58,822 nt of DNA from Candidatus Omnitrophota bacterium (GCA_018818105.1 JAHISK010000130.1:1-58822); one strand, 5' to 3'. Positions 8,763-17,464 are shown, counted from the first letter of the stretch. Notes: generated by a model from the sequence alone, not told the origin. Numbers and translations: made by a program.

Positions 8763-10218
8763 TTAATTCCTTTACCCTTTTAGAAAAATGTCCGCCAGTA
8801 TACCCATCAATAATAGCATCTAATTCTTTTAACCGCAACTGTTTTTGAAATAACTCATCACCAAATAATGAAGAAGTTTTAATTTCTCTCTTTAACCGCA
8901 ACCGCTCAAAATATACCCTATTTAGTTCATCAATCAAATCTAAGCGCAACTGAGTATTAAGCCTGCTTCTTGTATCAACATCATCTTCATAAGAATTCCA
9001 AATAACATTAGCAACATCCCAGGAAAACCCCACCGACCAATCACGCGGCCCAACAAAAGCCCTCCCATCATAGTTATTTGTACCCGCGGTTCCATAAATA
9101 GTCTTATTAAAATCTAAATCCACACTAGGGAACAACGCTCTAAATTTAAGGCCATTTCTCCACCTCTTTATTTTATCAGGATGTATCTCGTTATACAGTA
9201 ATGCCGCGGTTTGAATTTCTTCTATGGCAGGCTCATTCTTTAACAATTCTTCTAGTCCATTCTTTGCTGAACCCTTTAAAAAAGAATCTTCGCTTACAAA
9301 AACACCGTTTGAAGTAGCTAAATAAACCCTATCATTAAAACTGACTTCTACCCAATTAATCTTTGCGGACAACACTCCCGCGGAAATATTCTGAGATATT
9401 TTTTGGTCTAAATCAACCTTTAAAAATCCTTTGGAAGCAGCTAAATAGATAGAATTTTTCTCATTTTTTTTCTGCCCTAAAGAATTTATATCCAGATTAT
9501 CTATCCCTTCAATATACAGTTTAACCCAACTTTGCCCCTTATCTAAAGAAACAAACAATCCTTGATTTGTTCCCAGCCAAATTTTGCTTTCATCGAAAAT
9601 ATCTACTTTTATAATATTCGCGATTATTCCAATTTTATCTTCAACATCAGCACTTCTAACAACAAACACTCTCCTCGCTGAATTCTGCTCTGTTAAAACA
9701 TAAACTCCTTTGCTGGAAGCAATATATACCGCCTCTTGGGTCGCGGCAATAGAATACACAGCCGCGTCATTTCTTAAATTTCTGATCCTTTCCCAATTTA
9801 AAATATCATCACTGGCAAAATAAATCCCGGCTGTTGTTCCTACATAAATTTTGTCCCTAACCTTAACTGCAGTTAAAATTGATTCCTCATCACTAGATGT
9901 AAATACCGTCTCAACCTTATTACCTACCTTAAAAATATGCCGACTCGCCACTACATACAAAATATTAGCTAAATAGGGATCAAAAAAAAGATGTTGAACC
10001 GTTTCATCCTTAAAAACAGACACCTTTTCAAAAGTCTGGCCGCCGTCCTGACTCTTAAAAAGAGAATTATCCGAAGCAATATACATAAGCTTTGGATTCA
10101 AAGGCGAAACAACTACCCGCCTAATCCGAGCATCTTCCACGCCCTCGACCCTAGCAAACATTGAAAAACCGTTATGGAAAGGAAAAACCAAAAGCAAGAA
10201 AAAAATAGCAAATCTCAT
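8749..10218 (-). CDS. Secreted beta-propeller (BNR/two-component-propeller-like) protein with a C-terminal helical, TolC/OEP-like segment; start revised to ATG 10218
   Basis: GGAGG RBS before ATG 10218; signal peptide MRFAIFFLLLVF; S.DGG.TF, SLDKGQSW and repeated YxAT/GTxxG blades. Confidence 0.7.
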   Translation of the reverse strand: MRFAIFFLLLVFPFHNGFSMFARVEGVEDARIRRVVVSPLNPKLMYIASDNSLFKSQDGGQTFEKVSVFKDETVQHLFFDPYLANILYVVASRHIFKVGNKVETVFTSSDEESILTAVKVRDKIYVGTTAGIYFASDDILNWERIRNLRNDAAVYSIAATQEAVYIASSKGVYVLTEQNSARRVFVVRSADVEDKIGIIANIIKVDIFDESKIWLGTNQGLFVSLDKGQSWVKLYIEGIDNLDINSLGQKKNEKNSIYLAASKGFLKVDLDQKISQNISAGVLSAKINWVEVSFNDRVYLATSNGVFVSEDSFLKGSAKNGLEELLKNEPAIEEIQTAALLYNEIHPDKIKRWRNGLKFRALFPSVDLDFNKTIYGTAGTNNYDGRAFVGPRDWSVGFSWDVANVIWNSYEDDVDTRSRLNTQLRLDLIDELNRVYFERLRLKREIKTSSLFGDELFQKQLRLKELDAIIDGYTGGHFSKRVKELNEIK

Positions 10219-10257
10219 TATAAACACCTCCTTATTTTTTTGCTCCACAAAAAAATA

Positions 10258-10342
10258 GAGCATTGGAGCATTAGACCATTTAAACATTAGAAAAAATAAA
10301 AAAATGCCCAATGCGGTCTAATGCTCCAATGTTCAAATGCTC
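10258..10342. repeat. Octamer-period inverted repeat (gagcattg/caatgctc family) in the 5' leader of the beta-propeller gene
   Basis: Left arm gagcattg-gagcatta-gaccattt-aaacatta; right arm ctaatgct-ccaatgtt-caaatgct. Confidence 0.75.
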
Positions 10343-10372
10343 AAAAATAGAAAATTTTACCCTCTCATATAA

Positions 10373-10402
10373 TAGACGATTGAATTGACTAAATTCTTTC
10401 AA
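10373..10402 (-). promoter_or_regulatory. ECF-type promoter, copy 1 (TGAAAG-N17-CGTCTA)
   Basis: Minus strand TTGAAAGAATTTAGTCAATTCAATCGTCTA; same boxes and spacing as copies 2 and 3. Confidence 0.8.
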
Positions 10403-10526
10403 AAAATATTTAAATTTTTTACAAGTATAAAAGTATAAACTTCCCCACACCTAAAAATCTAAATAATTATCCCCAAAGGTAATTTTCTTGAAAAATGATA
10501 GATAATGACGTTTTGGCAATAAAAAG

Positions 10527-10599
10527 TGCCGAGGAAGGGAGTTGAACCCCTGACGCAGGGATTTTCAGTCCCTCGCTCTACCGCCTGAGCTACCTCGGC
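10527..10599 (-). tRNA. tRNA-Phe(GAA), CCA not encoded
   Basis: GCCGAGG/CCTCGGC acceptor stem, D-arm GCTCAGGCGGTAGAGC, anticodon arm AGGGA-CTGAAAA-TCCCT, GTTCAAC T-loop. Confidence 0.97.
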
Positions 10600-10690
10600 A
10601 TTCAAATAAGACTAGCGAACAACAGATATTTTTGAAGTTTTAATCTAGAATTCACATTAGAACACAATACGCAAATTCTAGATTAAAAGA

Positions 10691-10718
10691 ATTATAGCAT
10701 AGGAGTGTTTTTAGGCAA
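10691..10718 (-). promoter_or_regulatory. Sigma70-type promoter for tRNA-Phe
   Basis: TTGCCT-N16-TATAAT with an extended TG. Confidence 0.5.
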
Positions 10719-10890
10719 GGATTTTTTGAAGTCAAAAAAATCATTTCATATTTTTTACAGCTTCTCCAATTCTTATTTATTTTATCTACAATTTCTCTAG
10801 GATTATTTCTTTTCATAATAGTCATAATTATACCAAACATCCCTAAAAATAGGAATATATATTTTACGTGCTCTTGTCGCGATTTTTAGC

Positions 10891-11262
10891 TCAACCTACC
10901 CGCCAAAACGTAATATTCTGATAATGCGTAACGCGTTCTATACTGCTGTTCTCCCCTAAAACAATACATACCGCGTCTATTCGATAAACACCAGCATGCT
11001 TTTTTAGCGCGGTATATGCCGCGGCATTTCTCTTTAGTTTATTAATTTTTTTCCAGTTTATCGAATCTTCCGGCGAACCAAACTGCTGTCCAACCTTAGT
11101 TCTTACTTCCACAAACACAAGAGCCTTTTTATCCCAGGCAATCAAATCGATTTCGCCATATTTATTTCTATAATTCCGCTCAATAATTTCATACTTTTTC
11201 TCTCGTAAATACTTCGCGGCAATCAGCTCTCCGTTATAACCGATTTCAAGATTTTTGTTCAA
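10891..11262 (-). CDS. yraN: YraN-family nuclease (UPF0102)
   Basis: G..GE..A..YL, RNYR...GEIDLI, VFVEVRT, RIDAV. Confidence 0.93.
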   Translation of the reverse strand: MNKNLEIGYNGELIAAKYLREKKYEIIERNYRNKYGEIDLIAWDKKALVFVEVRTKVGQQFGSPEDSINWKKINKLKRNAAAYTALKKHAGVYRIDAVCIVLGENSSIERVTHYQNITFWRVG

Positions 11263-12797
11263 CCGCCATCCTTATCCTGCGGACGGTACTGCAAAGCCTC
11301 GGCTATATGAGAAACCTCTATATCCTGAACATTTTCTAAATCAGCAACGGTACGGGCGATTTTTATCATTTTAAAATACGCCCGCGCAGAAAGCTGAAAA
11401 TTCGCTCCAGCATTAATAAGCACTTGATTTACTTCTTTAGACAGCCGGCAGTATTTTTTAATATGCTTATTACGCATTTCAGCGTTAGTATAAATACCTT
11501 CTTTATCAAACCGTCTTTGCTGTAAGTCTCTTGCTTTTACTACCCTCTGCCTAATTTTTTCCGATAATTCTAATGACTTTTTTATCCTTTCATCACAGGA
11601 AAGGACTTTTATATCTACCACAGGAACTTCAACATATAAATCTATTCTATCTAAAACCGGCCCGGAAATCCTTTTTTTATATTTTTCAATCTCACGCCGA
11701 GTACAAATACAAGTTTTCTTAGGATGATATAGATAACCACAAGGACAAGGATTCGCTGAAGCAATCAGCGTAAATTGAGACGGAAAAGTTATTTTTTCTT
11801 TGCTTCGGCAAATGCTAATGCACCCGTCTTCCAACGGCTGACGTAACGCTTCCAACGCTGTTCGGGGAAATTCGTTAAACTCGTCTAAAAACAATACTCC
11901 CCGATGAGCCAAACTCACCTCTCCGGGTTTTATTCTACTTCCTCCACCGATAAGTCCCGCGGGAGAAATTGTATGGTGCGGCGCCCTGAAAGGACGCGTT
12001 GTCATTAGTGAACCTCGCGGCGGGATACGCCCGGAAGCAGAATAAATCTTGGTTACATCAAGCGATTCTTTTTCATTTAACAACGGCAGAATTCCCGGAA
12101 ACGCCCGCGCCAACATTGTTTTTCCTGAACCAGGACTGCCTACCATAAAAAGATTATGATTACCTGCCGCGGCAATTTCCATTGCTCTTTTTGCCTGCTC
12201 CTGACCTAAAACTTCTGACATATCAAATTCCGCTGCACTAACACTCTGTTCACTTTGATTGACTTTATATACTGCCAGTTCAAAAGTTATCTGACCGCAA
12301 AGAAAAAATAGTAACTGGCTAAGACTTTCCACGGGATACACATTAACACCTTTAACAACCGCGGCTTCATTAGCTGAAGCTTTAGGAAGAAATATGTTTT
12401 TAATACCTTTTTCTCTAGCAAACAACGCTAATAATAACGCGCCTTTAACATGCCTCAGGGTACCATCCAAAGAAAGTTCCCCAAAAAATACACTTTTTTC
12501 AGGCAATTTAAAACCCATAACTGTTGCTAATATCCCAACTGCTATCGGCAAATCATAAAACGATCCCTCTTTAGGCACATCCCCCGGCGCTAAATTAACC
12601 ATAATTCGTCTCTCGGGGAATTGAATGTTTGAGTTTATAATTGCTGTTCTCACCCGCTCCTTACTCTCAGCCACAGCTTTAGTCGGCAATCCCACTATAT
12701 CAAAAGCAGGAAGCCCTCGTGAAGCCACGTTAACTTCAACCTCCATTTCCATAGTATTAAGTCCCAAATTTAGTGCCGAAGCCACTTTAACTAACAT
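11259..12797 (-). CDS. comM: ComM/YifB Mg-chelatase-like helicase
   Basis: VGLP, ESKERVR, GELSLDG, GSPGSGKTM, PFRAPHH, LAHRGVLFLDE, NPCPCG, SGPVLDRID. Confidence 0.95.
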   Translation of the reverse strand: MLVKVASALNLGLNTMEMEVEVNVASRGLPAFDIVGLPTKAVAESKERVRTAIINSNIQFPERRIMVNLAPGDVPKEGSFYDLPIAVGILATVMGFKLPEKSVFFGELSLDGTLRHVKGALLLALFAREKGIKNIFLPKASANEAAVVKGVNVYPVESLSQLLFFLCGQITFELAVYKVNQSEQSVSAAEFDMSEVLGQEQAKRAMEIAAAGNHNLFMVGSPGSGKTMLARAFPGILPLLNEKESLDVTKIYSASGRIPPRGSLMTTRPFRAPHHTISPAGLIGGGSRIKPGEVSLAHRGVLFLDEFNEFPRTALEALRQPLEDGCISICRSKEKITFPSQFTLIASANPCPCGYLYHPKKTCICTRREIEKYKKRISGPVLDRIDLYVEVPVVDIKVLSCDERIKKSLELSEKIRQRVVKARDLQQRRFDKEGIYTNAEMRNKHIKKYCRLSKEVNQVLINAGANFQLSARAYFKMIKIARTVADLENVQDIEVSHIAEALQYRPQDKDGG

Positions 12798-13644
12798 AAT
12801 ACTTGCCTTCTTCTTTACTCACTATTCCCCTAATATGCATAAGAGAAAGAACTGTTCCCAACTCTGCCGCCGAAACTTTTATTACTCGAGATAATTCATC
12901 TATCTCACAAGGCTCCTGAGCTAACTTCTTTAAAACTATCTGCTCCATCCGACTCAACCCTAAACTTGCTATATTGTCCCGCCCATTTTCTTGAGGATAT
13001 AGCCCATAACTTCCTAATATATCATTGGCTCCAGTTACTATACCAGCACCTTCTCTAATCAATTGCAGAGTTCCTTGAGACACAGCGCTGGTAATGGGTC
13101 CGGGCACAGCGAAAAGTTTACGTCCATATTTTTTAGTAAGCGCGGCGGTAATCAAAGAACCACTCCTCTGCCCTGCTTCAACAACTAGAGTTGCTTGAGA
13201 TAATCCAGCTACAATCCTATTTCGCCGAGGATATGTCCAACGCGCGGGAAGAAAATCACCTTCAAATTCAGAAATAATAAGCCCTCCATTTGCTAATATC
13301 TGCTTGTATAACTCTTCTTGATATTCAGGATGAATAAGGTCAATACCACAAGGCATAACCGCGATAGTTCTGCCTCCTGCCAAAAGAGCCGCTTTATGCG
13401 CCTGAGCGTCAATTCCATACATAAACCCTGAAACAATAGTTATCCCCGCGCGAGCCACTTTAGATACTAACTGATCCGTAACACGCCTGCCGTAACCGGT
13501 CATTTGCCGCGAACCTACAACCGCTAAACAATTGTCAAAAAGGCTACTATCCCAAACTCCCTTATAATAAAATCTTTGCGGGGGTTTATTAATTTGTTTA
13601 AGTAATTTAGGATATTTTAAATTATTGATTTGAACTACGTTCAT
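12787..13644 (-). CDS. dprA: DNA-processing protein DprA
   Basis: LAVVGSR, IVSGFMYGID..AH, RRNRIVAGLS, SGSLITA, AVPG, C-terminal winged helix. Confidence 0.95.
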   Translation of the reverse strand: MNVVQINNLKYPKLLKQINKPPQRFYYKGVWDSSLFDNCLAVVGSRQMTGYGRRVTDQLVSKVARAGITIVSGFMYGIDAQAHKAALLAGGRTIAVMPCGIDLIHPEYQEELYKQILANGGLIISEFEGDFLPARWTYPRRNRIVAGLSQATLVVEAGQRSGSLITAALTKKYGRKLFAVPGPITSAVSQGTLQLIREGAGIVTGANDILGSYGLYPQENGRDNIASLGLSRMEQIVLKKLAQEPCEIDELSRVIKVSAAELGTVLSLMHIRGIVSKEEGKYYVS

Positions 13645-13888
13645 ACGCTAACAACACCACTTCATTAAGCGCCTCTTTAGACGATGCCGTCAAAGGAAAA
13701 GCGTTACTATACCATTTCCCATCTTTACCTTGTTCACGAGGTCCTCCTACAAATAAACCATTCTTTCCCTTGATTACACGAAACCCCTTTACTAAAAACT
13801 CTCCTGAAATAGCCACATCACATATAGCTTTGATCGCGCCGTCACCATTAAACCTGTAAAGCTTATTAACCTTGAAATCTAAATTCAT
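13622..13888 (-). CDS. spoVG: SpoVG-family nucleic-acid-binding protein; start revised to ATG 13888
   Basis: KAICDV, VKGFRVIKGKNGLFV..P, DGKW....FPL; GGAGG RBS. Confidence 0.88.
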   Translation of the reverse strand: MNLDFKVNKLYRFNGDGAIKAICDVAISGEFLVKGFRVIKGKNGLFVGGPREQGKDGKWYSNAFPLTASSKEALNEVVLLAYERSSNQ

Positions 13889-13957
13889 ATCTACCACCTC
13901 CTTTTAATGATCCGCCTGCGGCGGAGAATTTACCGACTTTCTTACCCCTCACTTATA

Positions 13958-13987
13958 TAGACGTAATATCTCAAAGAATTCTTTCAA
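13958..13987 (-). promoter_or_regulatory. ECF-type promoter, copy 2, upstream of spoVG-dprA-comM-yraN
   Basis: Minus strand TTGAAAGAATTCTTTGAGATATTACGTCTA. Confidence 0.82.
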
Positions 13988-14163
13988 TTTTTTTAAATTT
14001 TTTTGAAAAATGTACTGCGGAAGGTTTTTTCTCGAATTACCCTATTCTTCCTTGACCCTTGACCCAGAATCATTTTAAATTTTTAAATATTATTTCTTTT
14101 AAATGCTAATTTTAAAATGTTAATTGTAAATTTAAAATTGCCGCCCCTTGACCCTACTAATAT

Positions 14164-14742
14164 CTACAATCGACTTTTAAAATGGCGGGAGATATCTTTA
14201 TCTTTATCTTTATCTTTATCTTTATCTTTATCTTTATTTTTATCATGAGAATGGCGACGCCAAGAATCAAGCACCATAATTAGGGTACGACCACCCTCAC
14301 TTTCAAACGACCAGCGTATACCCAAAATAAGCGTAGCGACTAAAAACTGAATGAAATATTTAGGCGCAAAAAATGATAAAAGAAACGAAATAATCATACC
14401 AATAAAAAAAATTCTTTTTCTCATTATTCCACCCTTATTAACTTCTTTATCCTTCCCTATTCCCAACGCTAATTTTGTCCTATTAATTAATTTTCGCGGC
14501 ACCTGATCAAACCGGCGTTTCTTATGCATTACCTGCGCTAAAGAAGCTATATTAAGCCGTCGTAAACAAAAAACACAACCAGCAATATGATACTCAATAT
14601 CCTGACACCTCTCCTTACTTAATTTACCACCCAAATATTCTAGCAAAGCCTCATCATCATAACAATCAGAAGAGCTAACGTCTTTACTAAACTCTACATT
14701 CGTTTTCAAATATTTCTTAATTAATTCGTTTATCTTATCCAT
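14164..14742 (-). CDS. Zinc-binding (ZAS, zf-HC2) anti-sigma factor with two TM helices
   Basis: HIAGCVFC (HxxxCxxC), preceded by LLEYLGGKLS; downstream of the ECF sigma. Confidence 0.85.
   Translation of the reverse strand: MDKINELIKKYLKTNVEFSKDVSSSDCYDDEALLEYLGGKLSKERCQDIEYHIAGCVFCLRRLNIASLAQVMHKKRRFDQVPRKLINRTKLALGIGKDKEVNKGGIMRKRIFFIGMIISFLLSFFAPKYFIQFLVATLILGIRWSFESEGGRTLIMVLDSWRRHSHDKNKDKDKDKDKDKDKDISRHFKSRL
14194..14244. repeat. In-frame hexamer microsatellite (ATCTTT)x7 plus a degenerate unit, encoding a DK repeat
   Basis: Read directly; protein reads DKNKDKDKDKDKDKD. Confidence 0.9.
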
Positions 14743-14759
14743 ATATACCCTCTAAATAA

Positions 14760-14789
14760 TAGACGAAATAACTCCATCTTTTCTTTCAA
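14760..14789 (-). promoter_or_regulatory. ECF-type promoter, copy 3, upstream of the anti-sigma gene
   Basis: Minus strand TTGAAAGAAAAGATGGAGTTATTTCGTCTA, followed by an AGAGGG RBS and ATG 14742. Confidence 0.82.
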
Positions 14790-14816
14790 TTTACCAAAAA
14801 AATCTCCTTTAAAAAT

Positions 14817-14869
14817 AATTATTTAGATTTTCAGTGGTTAGAAAAGTCTTTAATACTTTCCTATACCGT
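14817..14869. repeat. Dispersed ~52-bp repeat, second copy at 18105-18155
   Basis: 22-bp exact match AATTATTTAGATTTTCAGTGGT; both copies end in ATACCGT. Confidence 0.8.
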
Positions 14870-15438
14870 TAAAAACTATCGCCCAAACCTCTTTTCTCTA
14901 ATTCTTTTTTAATTTTCTCTTTAGCCCGGGAAATTACAGTTGAAACAGTATTAATAGATATCCCTACTATGCCGGCAATTTCTTTATGCGTCCTCTCTTG
15001 AAGCAGATTTAAAGAAATAATTATTCTTTCTTTACCGGATAAAGCTTTGATAACCTCCTGGGTTACAAAAAACATATCTCTGTTAAAAAGATTTTGTTCA
15101 AAAGTATAATCCCTAAACACCGGAACATCAAAAACTAGATTCTGTTCCAACCGTACTTTATTCCGCATGAAATCAACTGTTTTGTTCGAAGTTACCATCG
15201 CCAGCCAACCAGGCATGAATTTAAAGTCTTTTAATTGCCTAAGCTTCTCACCTTTAAAAATTGTCAAAAACACTTCTTGAAAAATATCATCAATATCCGT
15301 TTCGTCATACCTAAAACCGCCTGTAGCTAACCGTTTGCGTATCGCCCAATACACTAATCTTGAGTATTTTTGGATAAATACATTCCATGCTTTTTTATCG
15401 TTCTTTAGGCACCGTTTTATAATTTTTGAATCATTCAT
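14869..15438 (-). CDS. ECF RNA polymerase sigma factor
   Basis: Region 2 (DIDDIFQEVF, WLAMVTSNKTVDFMR) and region 4 (EIAGIVGISINTVSTVISRAK); 189 aa. Confidence 0.93.
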   Translation of the reverse strand: MNDSKIIKRCLKNDKKAWNVFIQKYSRLVYWAIRKRLATGGFRYDETDIDDIFQEVFLTIFKGEKLRQLKDFKFMPGWLAMVTSNKTVDFMRNKVRLEQNLVFDVPVFRDYTFEQNLFNRDMFFVTQEVIKALSGKERIIISLNLLQERTHKEIAGIVGISINTVSTVISRAKEKIKKELEKRGLGDSF

Positions 15439-15468
15439 AACTGTCGCGGCAGCATAATATATTGGCTT

Positions 15469-15879
15469 CTACAAAGAGCTTTCTCTCTCTATAAACTGTA
15501 TTATTTCCTCTTCGCTTACTTCTTCATAGTCGTCGGAATCAGCAAAATACTCTCTAAGAATAGCTATTGGCAGAAAAACATAAAAAGATAAAAATTTAAT
15601 ACAGGATTTAAAAGGGCCTTCAAATAACTCTGGATATTCGTTTCGGTAATACTTTTCAATGAATTCTCTTCTTCTCTTAAACCTCTCCCTTGCTAATTTT
15701 AAATTCTGAGGATATTGGCGCGATATATCTACCGTAAAGTAAGGCATTTCTGTTCTTCCCTTCTTAACTAAATATCCCTTATTTACTTCATTTCCTCTTA
15801 CAAATCTATACGCTGGAGAACAGCCTGATAAAATAAACAAAACAATTATGCCTATAGTTAAAATTTTTTTCTTATTCAT
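15469..15879 (-). CDS. Hypothetical lipoprotein
   Basis: MNKKK plus hydrophobic core plus LSG-C lipobox. Confidence 0.7.
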   Translation of the reverse strand: MNKKKILTIGIIVLFILSGCSPAYRFVRGNEVNKGYLVKKGRTEMPYFTVDISRQYPQNLKLARERFKRRREFIEKYYRNEYPELFEGPFKSCIKFLSFYVFLPIAILREYFADSDDYEEVSEEEIIQFIERESSL

Positions 15880-15903
15880 TTCCTACCCCCTACGCCTATC
15901 ATA

Positions 15904-16090
15904 GGTATTGTCAAAAGTTTCTTGTTTTTTTAAACTCTAAATCCTAAACACTAAACTCTAAATAAATCAAAAACATCAAACCCTAAACTAAAAACATTAA
16001 TAAATACAGTGTTTTCTCTTAAATTATCTTGTTTTAGATTTTGTGTTTTTCTCATTTGGGTTTATTTAGAGTTTAGGATTTAGTGTTTAA
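15904..16090. repeat. GGTATTGTCAAAA end followed by a heptamer hairpin (ctaaact/atcctaa family)
   Basis: Arms aaactctaaatcctaaacactaaactctaaataaa / tttatttagagtttaggatttagtgttt. Confidence 0.75.
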
Positions 16091-16225
16091 TGAAACTCAG
16101 ATAATATTCTAAGGTAATCTTGATTTTTTTTCATAGTGCCACCTTAATTATCTTTTAAGAACTAAGCATACTATCGAATAAATATTTAAAAAGCTATCCA
16201 CGGAAAGACCAAAGAATAAAATTAA

Positions 16226-16606
16226 TTAAGCGGGTAAAATCCGATTTACCATTTTTAATAATTCAGGCGCGGTTACAGGCTTAGCAATCACGTAATGCTT
16301 ACCTGTCTTTTTCACAAAACATTCTTCTTCTTTCTTAAGTACGCCAGTCAAAAACAGCACGGGAATTGTAGCCGTCATAGGATCATCAGCTAAAGTGGTA
16401 GCAACATCACTGCCATCCATGTCAGGAAGAACTATGTCTAAAATAATAAGGTTGGGTTTTTGACGCATAGCTAAATCGAGAGCTTCTTTACCTTTAGTAG
16501 TAGAAATTACTGTATAATCAGCGCGGCGTAAAATATTGGCTAAATGCTCCACAACCTGCTCTTCATCATCTACTAATAATATTTTCTGCTGCTGACTCAT
16601 TAACAT
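16226..16606 (-). CDS. Single-domain response regulator (receiver)
   Basis: ILLVDDE, LIILDIVLPDMDG, FLTG, AKP. Confidence 0.92.
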   Translation of the reverse strand: MLMSQQQKILLVDDEEQVVEHLANILRRADYTVISTTKGKEALDLAMRQKPNLIILDIVLPDMDGSDVATTLADDPMTATIPVLFLTGVLKKEEECFVKKTGKHYVIAKPVTAPELLKMVNRILPA

Positions 16607-16676
16607 AAATTATCACTCTTAACTATATATTTGTCAATAAAAATAATAAGCCGATAGTAAAAGAGAGGGGACGGAG

Positions 16677-16870
16677 TTAACTTATTAACTTATACTCCCG
16701 CCCCTCTGCTATCTTTTCTCCTTTGGTAATATTCTTGGATACCACGGAATTGGAAATACTAAGAATTCTTCTCGGTCTCTATCGTCTTTAAATATTTCTT
16801 TACGCTCTATTCCTCGGATAAATAAATGATACACTCCTCCGATAACGTTTAATCGTTTCCCTCTTGGCAT
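16677..16870 (-). pseudogene. Internally deleted REP-associated/IS200-like tyrosine transposase (RAYT) remnant
   Basis: ATG 16870 reads MPRGKRLNVIGGVYHLFIRGIERKEIFKDDRDREEFL (typical Y1 transposase N-terminus). Another frame reads SISNSVVSKNITKGEKIAEGREYKLIS*. Flanked by inverted AGGGGACGGAGTTAACT motifs. Confidence 0.75.
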
Positions 16871-16873
16871 GTA

Positions 16874-17012
16874 TATATTTTATTTGGCATTTGGCAAAAA
16901 GAAAATGTCAATAGTTAATTAGTTAACTCCGTCCCCTATTTTTTATATTTTATTTGGCATTTGGCAAAAAGAAAATGTCAATAGTTAATTAGTTAACTCC
17001 GTCCCCTATTTT
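16874..17012. repeat. Perfect 69-bp tandem duplication (16874-16942 / 16944-17012)
   Basis: Read directly; period 70; each copy contains AGTTAACTCCGTCCCCT. Confidence 0.92.
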
Positions 17013-17014
17013 CG

Positions 17015-17386
17015 CTAATCAATCCATTCAATTTCAAATAGCTCTCCGCTTTGAACTTTTTTGGCAATATAATTGAGGATATTCCCACGATCAAAAGGGT
17101 CCATGGAACTAAACTTCACCCCTACCAAAAATGGAAATTGGATATCTTCTCTGACAGTCAGCCACACCACTTCACCAACTGCAACTATAGGTTTTTCTCG
17201 TTTAGGCAGGTAAATTTCTAACTCTAAGATCGTTCCAGGTTTTATTCTATTAGCCACAGGGATACTTACTCCCCCGCCGCCAAGATCTCCGATTAAGGAT
17301 CCTTTCTCAACAGAATCGGCACCAATTCCTTTATAAGTTATCTTCAACGAATCTTTTAATCTAACAAACTTACGCCGCTCAATCAT
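17015..17386 (-). CDS. PilZ-domain protein
   Basis: ERRKFVR (RxxxR), DLGGGG (DxSxxG variant), GEVVW, GVKF. Confidence 0.9.
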   Translation of the reverse strand: MIERRKFVRLKDSLKITYKGIGADSVEKGSLIGDLGGGGVSIPVANRIKPGTILELEIYLPKREKPIVAVGEVVWLTVREDIQFPFLVGVKFSSMDPFDRGNILNYIAKKVQSGELFEIEWID

Positions 17387-17464
17387 AAAATAAGTTTATC
17401 ATATCCCAATTTAGTGTCAACTTCATTTTAAAATCAACAAGATTAATCATGATGCTGTTGACCA

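Noticed and set aside
10527-10599. tRNA-Phe as the att site of an integrated element carrying dprA-comM
   Set aside because: No integrase and no duplicate of the tRNA 3' end found in the window.
10652-10840. 62-aa ORF between yraN and tRNA-Phe
   Set aside because: Runs through the tRNA promoter and has no domain support.
15904-16140. Complete MITE closed by TTTTTCATAGTGCC
   Set aside because: The right end is too degenerate and the flanks give no target duplication; only the left end is reported.
16874-17012. Direct repeat as a mini-CRISPR
   Set aside because: Two adjacent 69-bp copies with a 1-nt gap and no spacer; a tandem duplication.
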